Source of the DNA: Rhynchopus sp. YZ270_cl-10
Taxonomy: Eukaryota
DNA length: 64,000 nt
Direction: 5' to 3'
Assembly (NCBI GenBank): GCA_964035575.1
Contig: OZ037842.1
Coordinates: 1,612,001 to 1,676,000 of the forward strand
Part shown: positions 47,901 to 57,169 of the stretch, in pieces
Numbering within the stretch: the stretch's first letter is position 1
Layout of the letters: each line of letters starts with the position of its first letter
Notes under the pieces: model-generated
What the model was told of the DNA's origin: nothing
The model's input: only the letters and a program-made list of their open reading frames with translations
Databases searched by the model: none
Position numbers and translations under genes: made by a program

Positions 47901-49543
47901 AGTGCACACTCGTGAACCCCTTTGATGCCACCACATGCTCAGTGTGCGGGCACCAGTACACAGCACAGCAACCGCCCAAGGGCACGGCGGAGGAGGAGTA
48001 CTCAATGCCATCAGACTCAGAGAACGCCGGGTCACGCAGGCAGTCGCAGGCCGAAGGGGCACAACCGAGCACCCATCGTGGGTCGCTTCCCCAAGCTGAT
48101 GCTGTTCAAAAGGGCAGAGCAAAGGTCAGCGGTGCAATGGACGGAGGCGATGCCAGCAGTGGGTCTTCTGCTGAGGCTGGAGGTGTTGGAGGTGTCAGCA
48201 CCCGTCAGAAGGAGCAGGACGCAGAAGAAAGCGAGAGCTCATCAGAAGAGGAAGAAGAAGAAGAAGAGGAGGAGGATGAGGAGGAGGAAGAGGAAACACC
48301 CACCAAAGCTGTTTCACCCGGCTCCTCACCGTTGGTGCCCAAGAAGCAAACTGCACCCTCGGCAGCAATGCCCTCCGCAGCAGGGCCTTCCGCAACTGTG
48401 CAATGGAACTGTACAAGATGCACTCTCTCAAACCCCGCATCTGCCACCACCTGTGAGATGTGTGATGCAGATCGTCCCACTTCAGCGGCACCTGTGAAGC
48501 AGCAGGCACCACCACCGCTGCCAGCAGCAGCAAAGGTAGTAGCGGCAGCCTCACCACCACCCGGGTGGAGCTGCAGTCAGTGCACACTCGTGAACCCCTT
48601 CGACGCCACCACATGCTCAGTGTGTGGGCACCAATACACAGCACAGCAACCGCCCAAGGGCACGGCGGAGGAGGAGTACTCAATGCCATCAGACTCAGAG
48701 AACGCCGGGTCACGCAGGCAGTCGCAGGCCGAAGGGGCACAACCGAGCACCCATCGTGGGTCGCTTCCCCAAGCTGATGCTGTTCAAAAGGGCAGAGCAA
48801 AGGTCAGCGGTGCAATGGACGGCGGCGATGCTAGCAGTGGGTCCTCTGCTGAGGATGGAGGTGTTGGAGGTGTCAGTACCCGTCGTGGCACACTTCCCCA
48901 ACAGGAGGAAACACCGACCAAGGCTGTCTCACCTGGCTCCTCACCGTTGGTGCCCAAGAAGCAGACTGCACCCTCGGCAGCAATGCCCTCCGCAGCAGGG
49001 CCTTCCGCAACTGGACAATGGAACTGTACAAGATGCACTCTCTCAAACCCCGCATCTGCCACCACCTGCGAGATGTGTGATGCAGATCGTCCCACTCCAG
49101 CGGCACCTGTAAAGCAGGCACCACCACCGCCACCCGGGTGGAGTTGCAGTCAGTGCACACTCGTGAACCCCTTTGACGCCACCACATGCTCAGTGTGTGG
49201 GCACACCCCAGCACGCACACCTCCTCCTGTTGGCACGGCGGAGGAGGAGTACTCAATGCCATCAGACTCAGAGCATGATGCAGGCTCACCACGGGCACAG
49301 TCCACTCGTCGTGGGACGCTTCCCCAAGCTGACGTTGTTCCTAAAGGCAGAGCACAGGCCAGCGGTGCAATGGACGGTGGTGATGACAGTAGCGGGGAGT
49401 CCTCTGCGGAAGATGAGGAGAAAAAGAGTGCCAACACAGGACACGCTGCAACCACTGTGAATGCAGCACGGCCAGCAGCGTCTGCTGTTGGCACGATGGA
49501 GCCCGATTATGACGACGAGTTTACCTCTTCTGAGGAAGGGTAA
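41927..49543 (+). CDS. 2538-aa protein with five C-terminal RanBP2/NZF-type zinc fingers
   Basis: Uninterrupted ORF. WSCSQCTLVNPFDATTCSVCG x3 and WNCTRCTLSNPASATTCEMCD x2, in internally duplicated segments. Confidence 0.85.
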   Translation: MIPQAVEAAPRDVASPRDPPWNGAHPTSRQKHAHLKAQRHPIRPKNPKQRTQMDNQTPQRQKSRLTKVRRLPNQRANFGEIFETVLSPRASPRKGSVKAFRSVVDSVDPLLHCYADDLAWQETLDAMCLREERLKQSFETLLLTGSTQTSGPLALETRHSGALTCFATDESDGSDSLDGTAHKVACLSTSLIAQVKQRIEDGKQQLWDTDAGERGAVTSAEKGVLLTELVNAHSHSDIHLFTATCQTLVNLYGFHEETSELCFDATEEREDEDKEQPQIAHKDPVGFTEETLREHDCKRLVFSHSPDDVYPLSQMARKKALRALWGTQRSFIDITPPGMVPARSVVPFSSDSPSLSFNNTTLQQMVSEVGVHLRDVFCGRFRHRLGKVVRTLLTLEREKEGDAVHELLENVYYLRDTPNTNTNTTDAKRRSREEEDRRRRLHSGCLLEEPLCAHDGTLLRDYYPKKCVSAHALLSTSIEAAYQEYREQVPHLPCGGDPSKLSVFCLLLSTTSSAEAVSKLLFMQSVPENNRAESKLKGLGQIGATLQHALDVVMADAFFDAFGLDCDDSSEEEGEVKEMVTKASNLKRIQTELREKLLFEKEFVRAMRDVEAEAKAENGSATSDSEDDSESSRQDKRRAAPTQEEVAAATADLKKWIKVFFCALSALETEHRTELPKAATQHHALFEEEAPLFTSSSIALPRDKDVTNTTAPVTGAAKVTKIAVPVPSIAGAAKSAAKAIPMTTISGTAASVAAAATPTVAKAIPMTKPTMATPTPTPAAIAAVALAAAAAAADISHSTEGGLHIHGLSFALPPVNGVRHVYFGPFSVISHPRRVREGADFCSTLRRVTAHIVTQSRERQLLSSQRHLAAHGHTVAERSLHTADTLSCVLAQWDARVTRPLAIRAPFIPLTLNNEDMLRGRALQACRRGDNHFKDFFDNTPLNEYSRIQGALWGLYYDKQGDVLDELLDNLKSTDGGTNVVPISLCAATHRLCRFFGEHEMRSAADKAAKGVHEWGDDDAFHLQLRRRRSHNGYTDRICAVDLLYFFIHLLKVGTMDQFRSLFLQGIDDAGNTPMEEINTAFTELKSGEADVNTMAQKWVKTIIFLQVFTKTLFRERKTIIIKTFASKTRVEALQGRYTAWCGPCFGLLEAEKKKFKSLNAVAHDCDPDEVAVEYKIQNCPHAPLGGSPWAFLPLFEVVKVASVTQRMQDGEGDGKTSFYHEIICDVVTKEEAEPFPEEVLESALWGIRRINKRCAAERKVTQRSAKLVTTETHMRTTLTTEASLHTAKLCLLSEALRVHSAATHAASQETARLLLFKSFLDTATAVHNDCGVSFSYLCVYSEELSERQRVVSECTQSIYCDVWFPALGELERVGREGIVVEVQEASALLALERSFCVSANCIFVEECVAREQAWVLYCEQSRRFALAYDAVSIWARHVFAEISSREEILRRTEYKTCLFAVKKLQCVLMHGWCASSVALKRNVLFAKHCTSFADSSEVIIRDSIQQRYTHSVVGFAFEVEWMKAISLLFQRQVKVFDEIVHIFRVQQTEVFVNALLQREKNSAQALQHEEKKERKRTERSFAILCAECRIAGCVTLETQLRDGIEKQQSLFTRHILSTSVIAIDAHNGFTRIMQKHPSHVLCKLPTISEHSLRSTKYAGAVTPIADPSLLFCALEKAEVQVQNVFEEMVVNLSDGASVQETRAALAVMCVQLYRAFLDDNEMNDAAVLATSPLLLLVAHLCFGIGAAQRIPGTSASRNILREVVNEDKWTQTRLVLFTAMQLVGTTPPTPPADKLGTILVSAVGGKGNLPLLGSSVFGGIVDTDVSAAFVRRGRLHRAQLCEVLRGVAHAEWWVLHTFTTPYQSVCGTDLQRFCLQALSTKALLCLEERARFADRLLQFDVTAPSNHTLSAPSQQVTTRRTGLSSTTQTTTAEEDEEEEEEEEETESDEEGEEELAAPAPAALAPPPPPPPPAAAAEVVVAAPPPEWSCSQCTLVNPFDATTCSVCGHQYTAQQPPKGTAEEEYSMPSDSENAGSRRQSQAEGAQPSTHRGSLPQADAVQKGRAKVSGAMDGGDASSGSSAEAGGVGGVSTRQKEQDAEESESSSEEEEEEEEEEDEEEEEETPTKAVSPGSSPLVPKKQTAPSAAMPSAAGPSATVQWNCTRCTLSNPASATTCEMCDADRPTSAAPVKQQAPPPLPAAAKVVAAASPPPGWSCSQCTLVNPFDATTCSVCGHQYTAQQPPKGTAEEEYSMPSDSENAGSRRQSQAEGAQPSTHRGSLPQADAVQKGRAKVSGAMDGGDASSGSSAEDGGVGGVSTRRGTLPQQEETPTKAVSPGSSPLVPKKQTAPSAAMPSAAGPSATGQWNCTRCTLSNPASATTCEMCDADRPTPAAPVKQAPPPPPGWSCSQCTLVNPFDATTCSVCGHTPARTPPPVGTAEEEYSMPSDSEHDAGSPRAQSTRRGTLPQADVVPKGRAQASGAMDGGDDSSGESSAEDEEKKSANTGHAATTVNAARPAASAVGTMEPDYDDEFTSSEEG

Positions 49544-49930
49544 GATTGCTGTGTGTGCTTTGCTTTGCCTCCCTCTCCCTGGTGCTGCCACCTGCGTCCG
49601 CAGAGGCAGTTTGCACCACAATTTTTAACAGATTTTAACAATGTCTTTTACAAACATACCCCCTTTTTAAAACCGAACAATTCGCCCCCCCCCCCAGTAG
49701 TAACCTCAAAAAGAAACCCCACACTGCCCCCACTTTTCCCCCACCTTTTTCCCTCAACCCTTTCCCCCCGACAAATTTCCCTTTCTCAGGTTTTCTCCAC
49801 TCCTCTTTTCACACTTGACCCCTCTTGACTGATCTACTAAGCAGAACAACTAGCTACTGTTGGACTATCTTACCTCTTTTCAACATTAGTTTCTAACCTC
49901 CCTGACCCTTCTTAGCACTTTGTCAGTGCC

Positions 49931-50632
49931 ATGGTACTGTGCGACATATGCTTTGAACCTGCAGTACGGATATGCACCCTCTGCGAGGTAGGCGGGTGTT
50001 TATCCTTAGTGTGTGCGAAGGAAGGTTGCTTCGAGGCTGCACACCATCCTGCGGTGCTTGCGGTGCACGTTACATTTGTTCGGCCGTTGTGTGCCCTTGG
50101 GTCTGGTGGTGCCACCCCCGGGTCAAGATTCGATAGCAACCGCACCGAACTGCACAAAGCCGCCCTGCGTGAACGATGCGAAGAACAGATGAGCCAGCCC
50201 CCAGATGGCGGCGTTCTCTTCTTCAAAGCAGCTCACAGACTGGCCCTGTGGCATCTCGACAATGCTTACCTCACTGTACAGCTCGATGCAGAGATTGTAC
50301 ACCTAGAGCTTGAGCACCGTGCGCACTGTCGTGCATTAGACGACGAAGCCTTCAGCTCAGCAAGCGAGGAGGAGGAAGGGGAAGGTTCAGAACAATGCTG
50401 GTACTGCGATAAGTGCGGCAGCGCAAACGATTTGGAACAGTTTGAATGTGAATGCGTTGTGGATTCGGAGGAGGAGGGGGAGGAGGAAGTGGCCGAGTGG
50501 GTCAACGTCACGATGTCTGTGCATGACACAGCCACGGAGGGTTCCGAGTGCGACACATCTGACTCTGGTGTAAAGGTGGAAGACCGCTACGACACGGAAA
50601 CCCCTGAAGTGTCAGAGGGAGAAGATGTCTAG
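49931..50632 (+). CDS. B-box-like zinc-finger protein with acidic C-terminus
   Basis: CDIC...AVRICTLC...LVC..EGCFEAAH...H, plus a second Cys cluster WYCDKCGSAN...CEC. Confidence 0.65.
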   Translation: MVLCDICFEPAVRICTLCEVGGCLSLVCAKEGCFEAAHHPAVLAVHVTFVRPLCALGSGGATPGSRFDSNRTELHKAALRERCEEQMSQPPDGGVLFFKAAHRLALWHLDNAYLTVQLDAEIVHLELEHRAHCRALDDEAFSSASEEEEGEGSEQCWYCDKCGSANDLEQFECECVVDSEEEGEEEVAEWVNVTMSVHDTATEGSECDTSDSGVKVEDRYDTETPEVSEGEDV

Positions 50633-52067
50633 TCGCCTGAGAGCCTGGAGCATGTCATTTCAGTCCATTATGACGCGGCAGATGTTCGTATAATAATATG
50701 GTCCACCATCGTCGTGTTGGTAGGTGTTGCGCAGTTACCTAGCTTGTTTTGGTTAAAGATGACGCGTGAGAAGCAAACATTCATCTTTCATTTTTTTGTT
50801 TTGTTTTTTTCCCCTTTTCGTTGTCCGTTTCCTGGACAACGACCCTTGGTACCGGCACGCCACAGCATGTTACACCTGTTGCTGTTGGTGGTAAGGTATA
50901 TGTGCCTGCACCTTAATCAGTGTCTGTGCACTAATTATTGTTATTATTTTTTTTTGCTGCAAACAATTGTGTTGGTGTAGCTGCCTTGTGTATTTTTTTT
51001 TGCTCTTTTTGGTTACTATCCAACGAGGTTTTAGTTTTGTTTTAGAGAGATGTGCATATGAGGCTCTTTCTTTCTATTTTATTTTTTCTGTGGGACAACG
51101 TACCTCTTTTCGAGCCCCTAGCCTGATTTTTTTCTTATGAAGTGCGACATGTTTCCCCTCGCCTTGGGATGGCGCTAAAAAAACTCACCACACAACGTGG
51201 ATGGGCTTCTCTTTTGGGATGTTCTTCCGTCTTACTTTTTCTTTGAAGGTAACACCTACCTAGCTACCTATCTAGCTACCTAGGCTCATTTTACCAACTT
51301 TTTCTCTCTCTGTTTGTTTGTTTCTTTTTCTTTTTCCTGTTTTCGGAGCTGAAGGCATATCAGATGCGATGCTCAATGGATGTAGGGACATCATGGTTTC
51401 AGGTCCACCCACGGCGGTGTTGGTCACCAAGGTACACTGCCATGAGAGAGTACTTTGTATATCACGCCGACTTTCCTTTGTGGCCATACCCGTACACATT
51501 CTACCTGTAACGTGTACATTTTCTTGACGTTTCCTCCCAGCCAATCCTATTTCTTCAGGTACATACTGTTGTTTACGCTAAATATATTTTACGATGAAAA
51601 ATACGCAAAAGAACGACTGCATTTCTGATGCAGTCGTGCAAAAAAAATAATTCAGAACTTTCACAACACAATGCCCATTGTACCCCACTCCCCCCCCCCC
51701 CCCCCCACATCCTATATCCTTGCATGCTTCTTTCTTTATTATTTTTTTTCGAGATAAAGCACAACCCCACCCCCCACCCCTTTTCCCCTCAAAATACCCT
51801 CTTCCTCCTCCTCCCCCTCCCCCTAAATTGGGCCGTATTCAGCAGAAATTACCCCATATTTTACCACAGAAAAAAAATCCCCTTACCCTACATACACAGC
51901 CCCCCCCCCCCCCCCCTCCCTTTAGCTCTCTTTCCTCTCCACAGATTTGATTTTCGTGATCGTTTAACGCTTCAACTCAAAAAAAGGGCGACATTGTGTA
52001 CAGATCCTACCTCGGTAGGTGATTGTCGATACAACAAAAAAACCCCCCTTCTTCGTTTTTGATTCGA

Positions 52068-52862
52068 ATGTTCACCTGCTCAGTGTGCACATCCCCTGCG
52101 ACGCAGTATTGTGCGTTGTGCTCGACACAAGAATGTGCGCTGAATTTATGCTCGGGAGAGAGTTGCTTTGAGACGTCCCATTTTGTTTCTTTGCGCGAGG
52201 TGCATCGGAGAAAGCTGCTTCCGCTGCAAGACACTACACATGAGGATACACAAGAAGAACGCCTCACCATTCTGGTTGACGAATGCAATGAGGTTTCCTC
52301 ACGCCATGCTGTGCTTGAGGCAAAGGTTGCGGCACGGTACTGTACGGCACGGTGTTGTCTTGCAGAGGAGACGCAACGAGGTAGCATTGCATGCGATGAA
52401 GGCGGCGTATGGGGAAAGATGAGTGCGAAGTTCCGTCTCGAGATATTAGAGATGGGTGAGGCTATGGAGCTGGCCGCAGTGCGTGGTGCGTGCAGAGCGG
52501 AGAAGAAGGTGTTGATGCAGGCCTTTGGCGACGCGGTGCCAGCGTCGGCAGGGTTCTTCTCGCCTCCGGTGTCGTGCTTGACGTCGCCGTTGTTTTGTCC
52601 TTCGCCATATCTCTCGCCAGCGCAGCTGTCTCCTGCACCGCTGTCCCCACCCCAACCCTCCCTCTGCCCAAGCACCTCCCAAGGCGAATCCGACACAGCA
52701 ACGAACGTCACCGACAACGACGACGACGCAGTGGAGAACTGCCCCGAGGTCTTTGGCAAGGTCGTCCGTCGTGTGTCGTTCTACAGGGAGCCCTCGCAAT
52801 GCCTTTCGCGCGCAGAGTCGCTCCACCTCGGCAACGGGCAAGGCATCTATGCGGTGATATAA
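52068..52862 (+). CDS. B-box-like zinc-finger protein
   Basis: CSVC...ATQYCALC...LC..ESCFETSH...H, the same spacing as 49931-50632. First ATG at 52068. Confidence 0.65.
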   Translation: MFTCSVCTSPATQYCALCSTQECALNLCSGESCFETSHFVSLREVHRRKLLPLQDTTHEDTQEERLTILVDECNEVSSRHAVLEAKVAARYCTARCCLAEETQRGSIACDEGGVWGKMSAKFRLEILEMGEAMELAAVRGACRAEKKVLMQAFGDAVPASAGFFSPPVSCLTSPLFCPSPYLSPAQLSPAPLSPPQPSLCPSTSQGESDTATNVTDNDDDAVENCPEVFGKVVRRVSFYREPSQCLSRAESLHLGNGQGIYAVI

Positions 52863-55130
52863 AGAGGGAGGTGAAGGGTTTATTTGTGAATGCTCTTGAA
52901 GGTGTTGTTGGTGGCGAAAAGTCGTCTCGATTTTTTTTTTTCAGCGCGAAAAACTGGAAAAAATGTTTCTGTGTTTTTTTTTGCGTTTTGGAAAGATGAT
53001 TTTGAGGGTCAATATATCCTATTCAGAATCTCATTGTGTCCATCTTAACAGCTTTTCTGGCTTCTTTTGTCTCAAAAGATCACTATAGTGTACTAATCCA
53101 ATCTTATTGCGTGCTTTCATCCCGGATGGCTGGCATCGTGGGTCAGTCGGAGGTGCCTGCATCAACTACAGTTTTTGTACTTCCTTTTTCACTTACAATT
53201 TCCATTTTTCTCACCCCGCAGTCTGTGTACTTCACACGAGACAACAATCCTAATACTGAACGCTGTGTTTCCTCTCGTATTGCAAACCAGCAGAAGGAGA
53301 GACGAGAGACTCTACACTCAACAAGAATTATCAAACCCCCCCAAAAAAAAGCCCTCAACCGCGCCTCTCATGTGTACCCCTCTGAGGAGGAGGTTCTTTG
53401 ATGTGCTAAATGTATTGTTTGTTTTTTTTACACCTTCTCTTCTGTTGTTGGCCGCAGGGTACTTATGTTTTCATCCGGCGCTGGCATTGTATGTAGGTCA
53501 GTCGGAGGTGCCTGCATCAATAACTACCATTTTTTTTTTTTGTGAAAAAAAGTTGGGAACATTTTTGATCCCTCTTCTTCCTATGCTATCAATTTGTTGA
53601 ATGCATGTGTTGAAATACTTTTTTTTGTGTTTTTGTTTAGCGCATACCGCTCATATGTATGAAGTCACCTCTCCCCCTCTGAAACCAATTGCTGGACACC
53701 TCGCGAGTTTAGTATAACAAAACCATTTTTCATGAAATGTGATCAAAAAAACCGGACCAAAAAAAAACGAAGATCTTTACAAAAAGCATTAACCCAAAAG
53801 TTAAGCAGATTTTCTCAACTATGCTCAATCTGCCCCTTGAGGAAAACGCTGAGCAAGATGGGATGATAAATGTTTTTTGATGGTTTTTGCTCTGCAAATA
53901 GCAATTTACACAACACACCTCATTTTTCTTCTCTTGGTGAGGATGAGAGACTTGGGTTCAACTAACCAACTTTTTCTTGTCTATTTTTTATTTTTTTGTT
54001 TCCAGCACCATCTCAGCTTCCCGCCAAATGCTAAGTCCTTCCTGTGGTGACTACGTCTGTGGAAAGCGTTTTGTACCCACCATACGGTACCATTCCTTTT
54101 GGGTGCGTAAAGTGCACACTGCCATGCATCCCCTGCCACGTTTGTATCCTACCACAAGACAAATCCGCCAGAATCGCCTGCGCTTTTCTAAGTTTTCTTT
54201 ATTTACACAAAACACGGCTTTGTCCTGGGAAATGTATTTGGCAGGTTTTTTTCTTTCTTTTGTACCTATTTTTTCTTGTCCTTTTTAGTGAACGGGGTTC
54301 AAATAAAACCGTCAAGGTTTCCCCCATTATTATCCCTTTCTTTTGTTCCCAACCTGTTTTGTAAACCCCCACTGAAGGGGGTGAAGGGGAACTAGACTAC
54401 ACGGGGGGTTGGGTTAAACAAGTTTACTTGGTATGAAGGGTTTTTGTGCGCGAGCAAAGGGCATTGTTGGAAACATGGTTTACCCTTCCCAATGGGTACC
54501 TTCGTTAGGCAGCAATTCTTGAGGGGAGTCCAGTCCAGTTGCGCATAATTTTTTTTTTTTCTTTTTCAAAAAATATTTACGATTCATTTTTTGGCAAAGA
54601 TGTGTGCAGCGAGGCACATTCATCTTTCAATTCTTTGAGAAAAAAAAACCTCTCCCCAGAAAATGCGCACCCTCAGAAAATATCACCCCCCCCCCTTCTT
54701 AACTGAAAGTGACAAAACTTTGGATTACCCCTCCCTATATTTTTTTCACTGTCACATTGTTTTGGTCAGTGTACCAAGATACACCACGTCCCCCCTTTTA
54801 TTTTTTTATTTTCACTGAGCTACATAGATCATCTTCTCATCCGTCTTTATATTTTTTTTCAGATGAAAATAATAAATCATGAAATGGATGTTGGACTGCA
54901 TGTTGGGTGCACTCCACGGTGCACCGGTCATGCACCAAGGTACACTGTTCACAGGGTTTTTTTGTATTTCAAGTCAAACTTCTTTTTCCTTATCCACTTC
55001 ACCCTCAAACCCCCACACCTTTCAGAATAGAACACATAGCGGAAACACACAACACACATCTCGGTATTTACCCTCTCTTCCGCTCAGGGTTTTTTGGTAT
55101 TAGGCTGTCAAGATTCCGTTTTTAAACGAA

Positions 55131-57169
55131 ATGAGTGGGCACAATAAGGAGGAGGAAGACTATGGTTCTAAGGTAGCGTCTGACGACGGGAGCAATGCCT
55201 CAGAGGACCTCGTGGTGATGCGGCAGCAGGGGACACATGCCGCCAGCATGCGTGTTGTGGGGCGGCGTGGGAGTTACCTCAGAATCCAGAAGGGGATCCC
55301 GGCAGCATCATCGTACTCTAACCTCAAACGGAACCAATCGGAATCCAAAACAGTTTCGATCAATCTGGGTCAGTCTATGGTCCGGGTGCGTGCACCCGAG
55401 CAGATACCTGATAGGGTGCTGCAGGACTTTGATGTATGTTGTTTTATTGAAATATTGAAAAGGGCTTCGGCCAACTTTGAAAAACTTTTGTTCAGTTTTT
55501 TGGAGGCGAAGTGATTGTCGACATAACAAAACACCACAAAACAGAACACGATAAAAAGACAGCAAAGCATCCGCTTCCGTGGCAGCTCATCTCATCTGCG
55601 ATCCTCAATGAGTAGAATACAGCAGCAGTCCCCGAGAAGGTGTGTGTTTTACAACTGAATAGGGGGTAATGCTTGCGCATAATATGGCCCCAATTTGTGT
55701 CTTTGAGAACAGGTGTGAGTTATCCTTAGCAGTTAGAATGTGGCACATTGTGTGTGTGTGCGTGTGTTTGATAACTAATAGGGGCAATCTTGCGCAGAAG
55801 ATGGCCCCAAGATTGAGCGTTTCATTTCTCCTCTACCCCTTTTTCTACAGAGTCGGAAGCGCCGTGCGTCGCGAGTCAAGCATGAAGACACCCAAGTCTG
55901 TGGAGCTTCAGTATGTCCATTCGATCCGTACACATTTTGTTTTTTGAATCTTTGAATTTCTCGATACCCTATCACCCACAGCGTAAGTGCAGGAGACATT
56001 ACACAAGTGGAAGAATCTCACGATGCATCGGAGGAAATCACGGACAACATCTGCCCCATCTGTTTCGAGGAGGAGGAGGAGGGCGAGGAGAAGCATGGGT
56101 GGTGCCATGTGGTGGGGTGCAAGCATAGGTTCCACACCGTCCATATTCTTGAGTTCCTTCGCTATTGGTGTGTAGCTTTGTTTCTTTTTTTAATTCCTTC
56201 CAAGCGATCCCCCTCTCCATATTCATATTTCAAATATTTCTTTCCGACTCTTAAACTCATCGCTTTCTTTTACCAACCTATTTGTACTTTCTCTAAAGTT
56301 CACTAAACGAAACTATTATTTCCAGGAACCGCTACTCCTGTCCGATGTGTAACGGTGAAATCGACGCACTGAAGCTCGAGAACGGCGATACTCTCTCCGC
56401 AACGAGCCTCCAACGACAGTTCTACTCGCCGCCGTCGGGGGTGAAGTTCAACTCCGAACACAACTTCTCTTTGTTCTCCGACCCGGACGAGGTACAGGCG
56501 CTCCCACTCACCAAAACGATGAACGAATACGAGAAGATCGTGCAGCAAGCAAGCTTTGCAACCATTCGTCTCCAGCTCATCGACAGCGACGGACGCGACT
56601 GCGGCCCTGACGGCAAGATGATCAGCATCAAAGCAACTCACGACCTCGTCTCTGCCGAGCTCTTCAACGACTCCGCAACTGTCCAATCCGAAGGACAATG
56701 CACCTTCAGCAACCTCGTCATGCAGATGCCCGAAGGCACAACACTCGCGGGAGACGAAAAGGTGGGCCTCACATTCACGGTATGGTCTTCTGGATGCAAT
56801 ACCATGGACACTAAAATCATATAAAAAGTACCTTCCGTAAAGGTCAACTTGAGTAGATCTTTAGGTGTCGGCAAAAAAAATAATATTGCATTACAGGTAA
56901 CGGGCAGCGGCGAAGGAGCAGAACTCCCCTGCCATGAAGTAGTTATCAGAGCTAGTGTTCTCTTCCCAATCGACCAACGAGAGACAGCCGCAGGGCTTCT
57001 TAGGCGCCAATCAGGCGGTGCAAGTATGAGAGAACCTGCCAACACAAGGTCAAACTCTGCCGTCGACGAAAACAAGTCAACAGAACCTGTCACCTCACGT
57101 AGAACAAACAAGCCAGGCAAACAGCCGGCATCTGGAGGAAAAGATGGCTGTGGTTGTGTTATTCTGTAG
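55131..57169 (+). CDS. RING-H2-variant protein with C-terminal CAAX (exons 55131-55433, 55563-55639, 55851-55910, 55982-56167, 56326-56779, 56897-57169)
   Basis: Spliced RING CPIC...CKHRFHTVH...WNRYSCPMC. Ends GCGCVIL*. All introns are GT-AG and frame-preserving. Confidence 0.8.
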
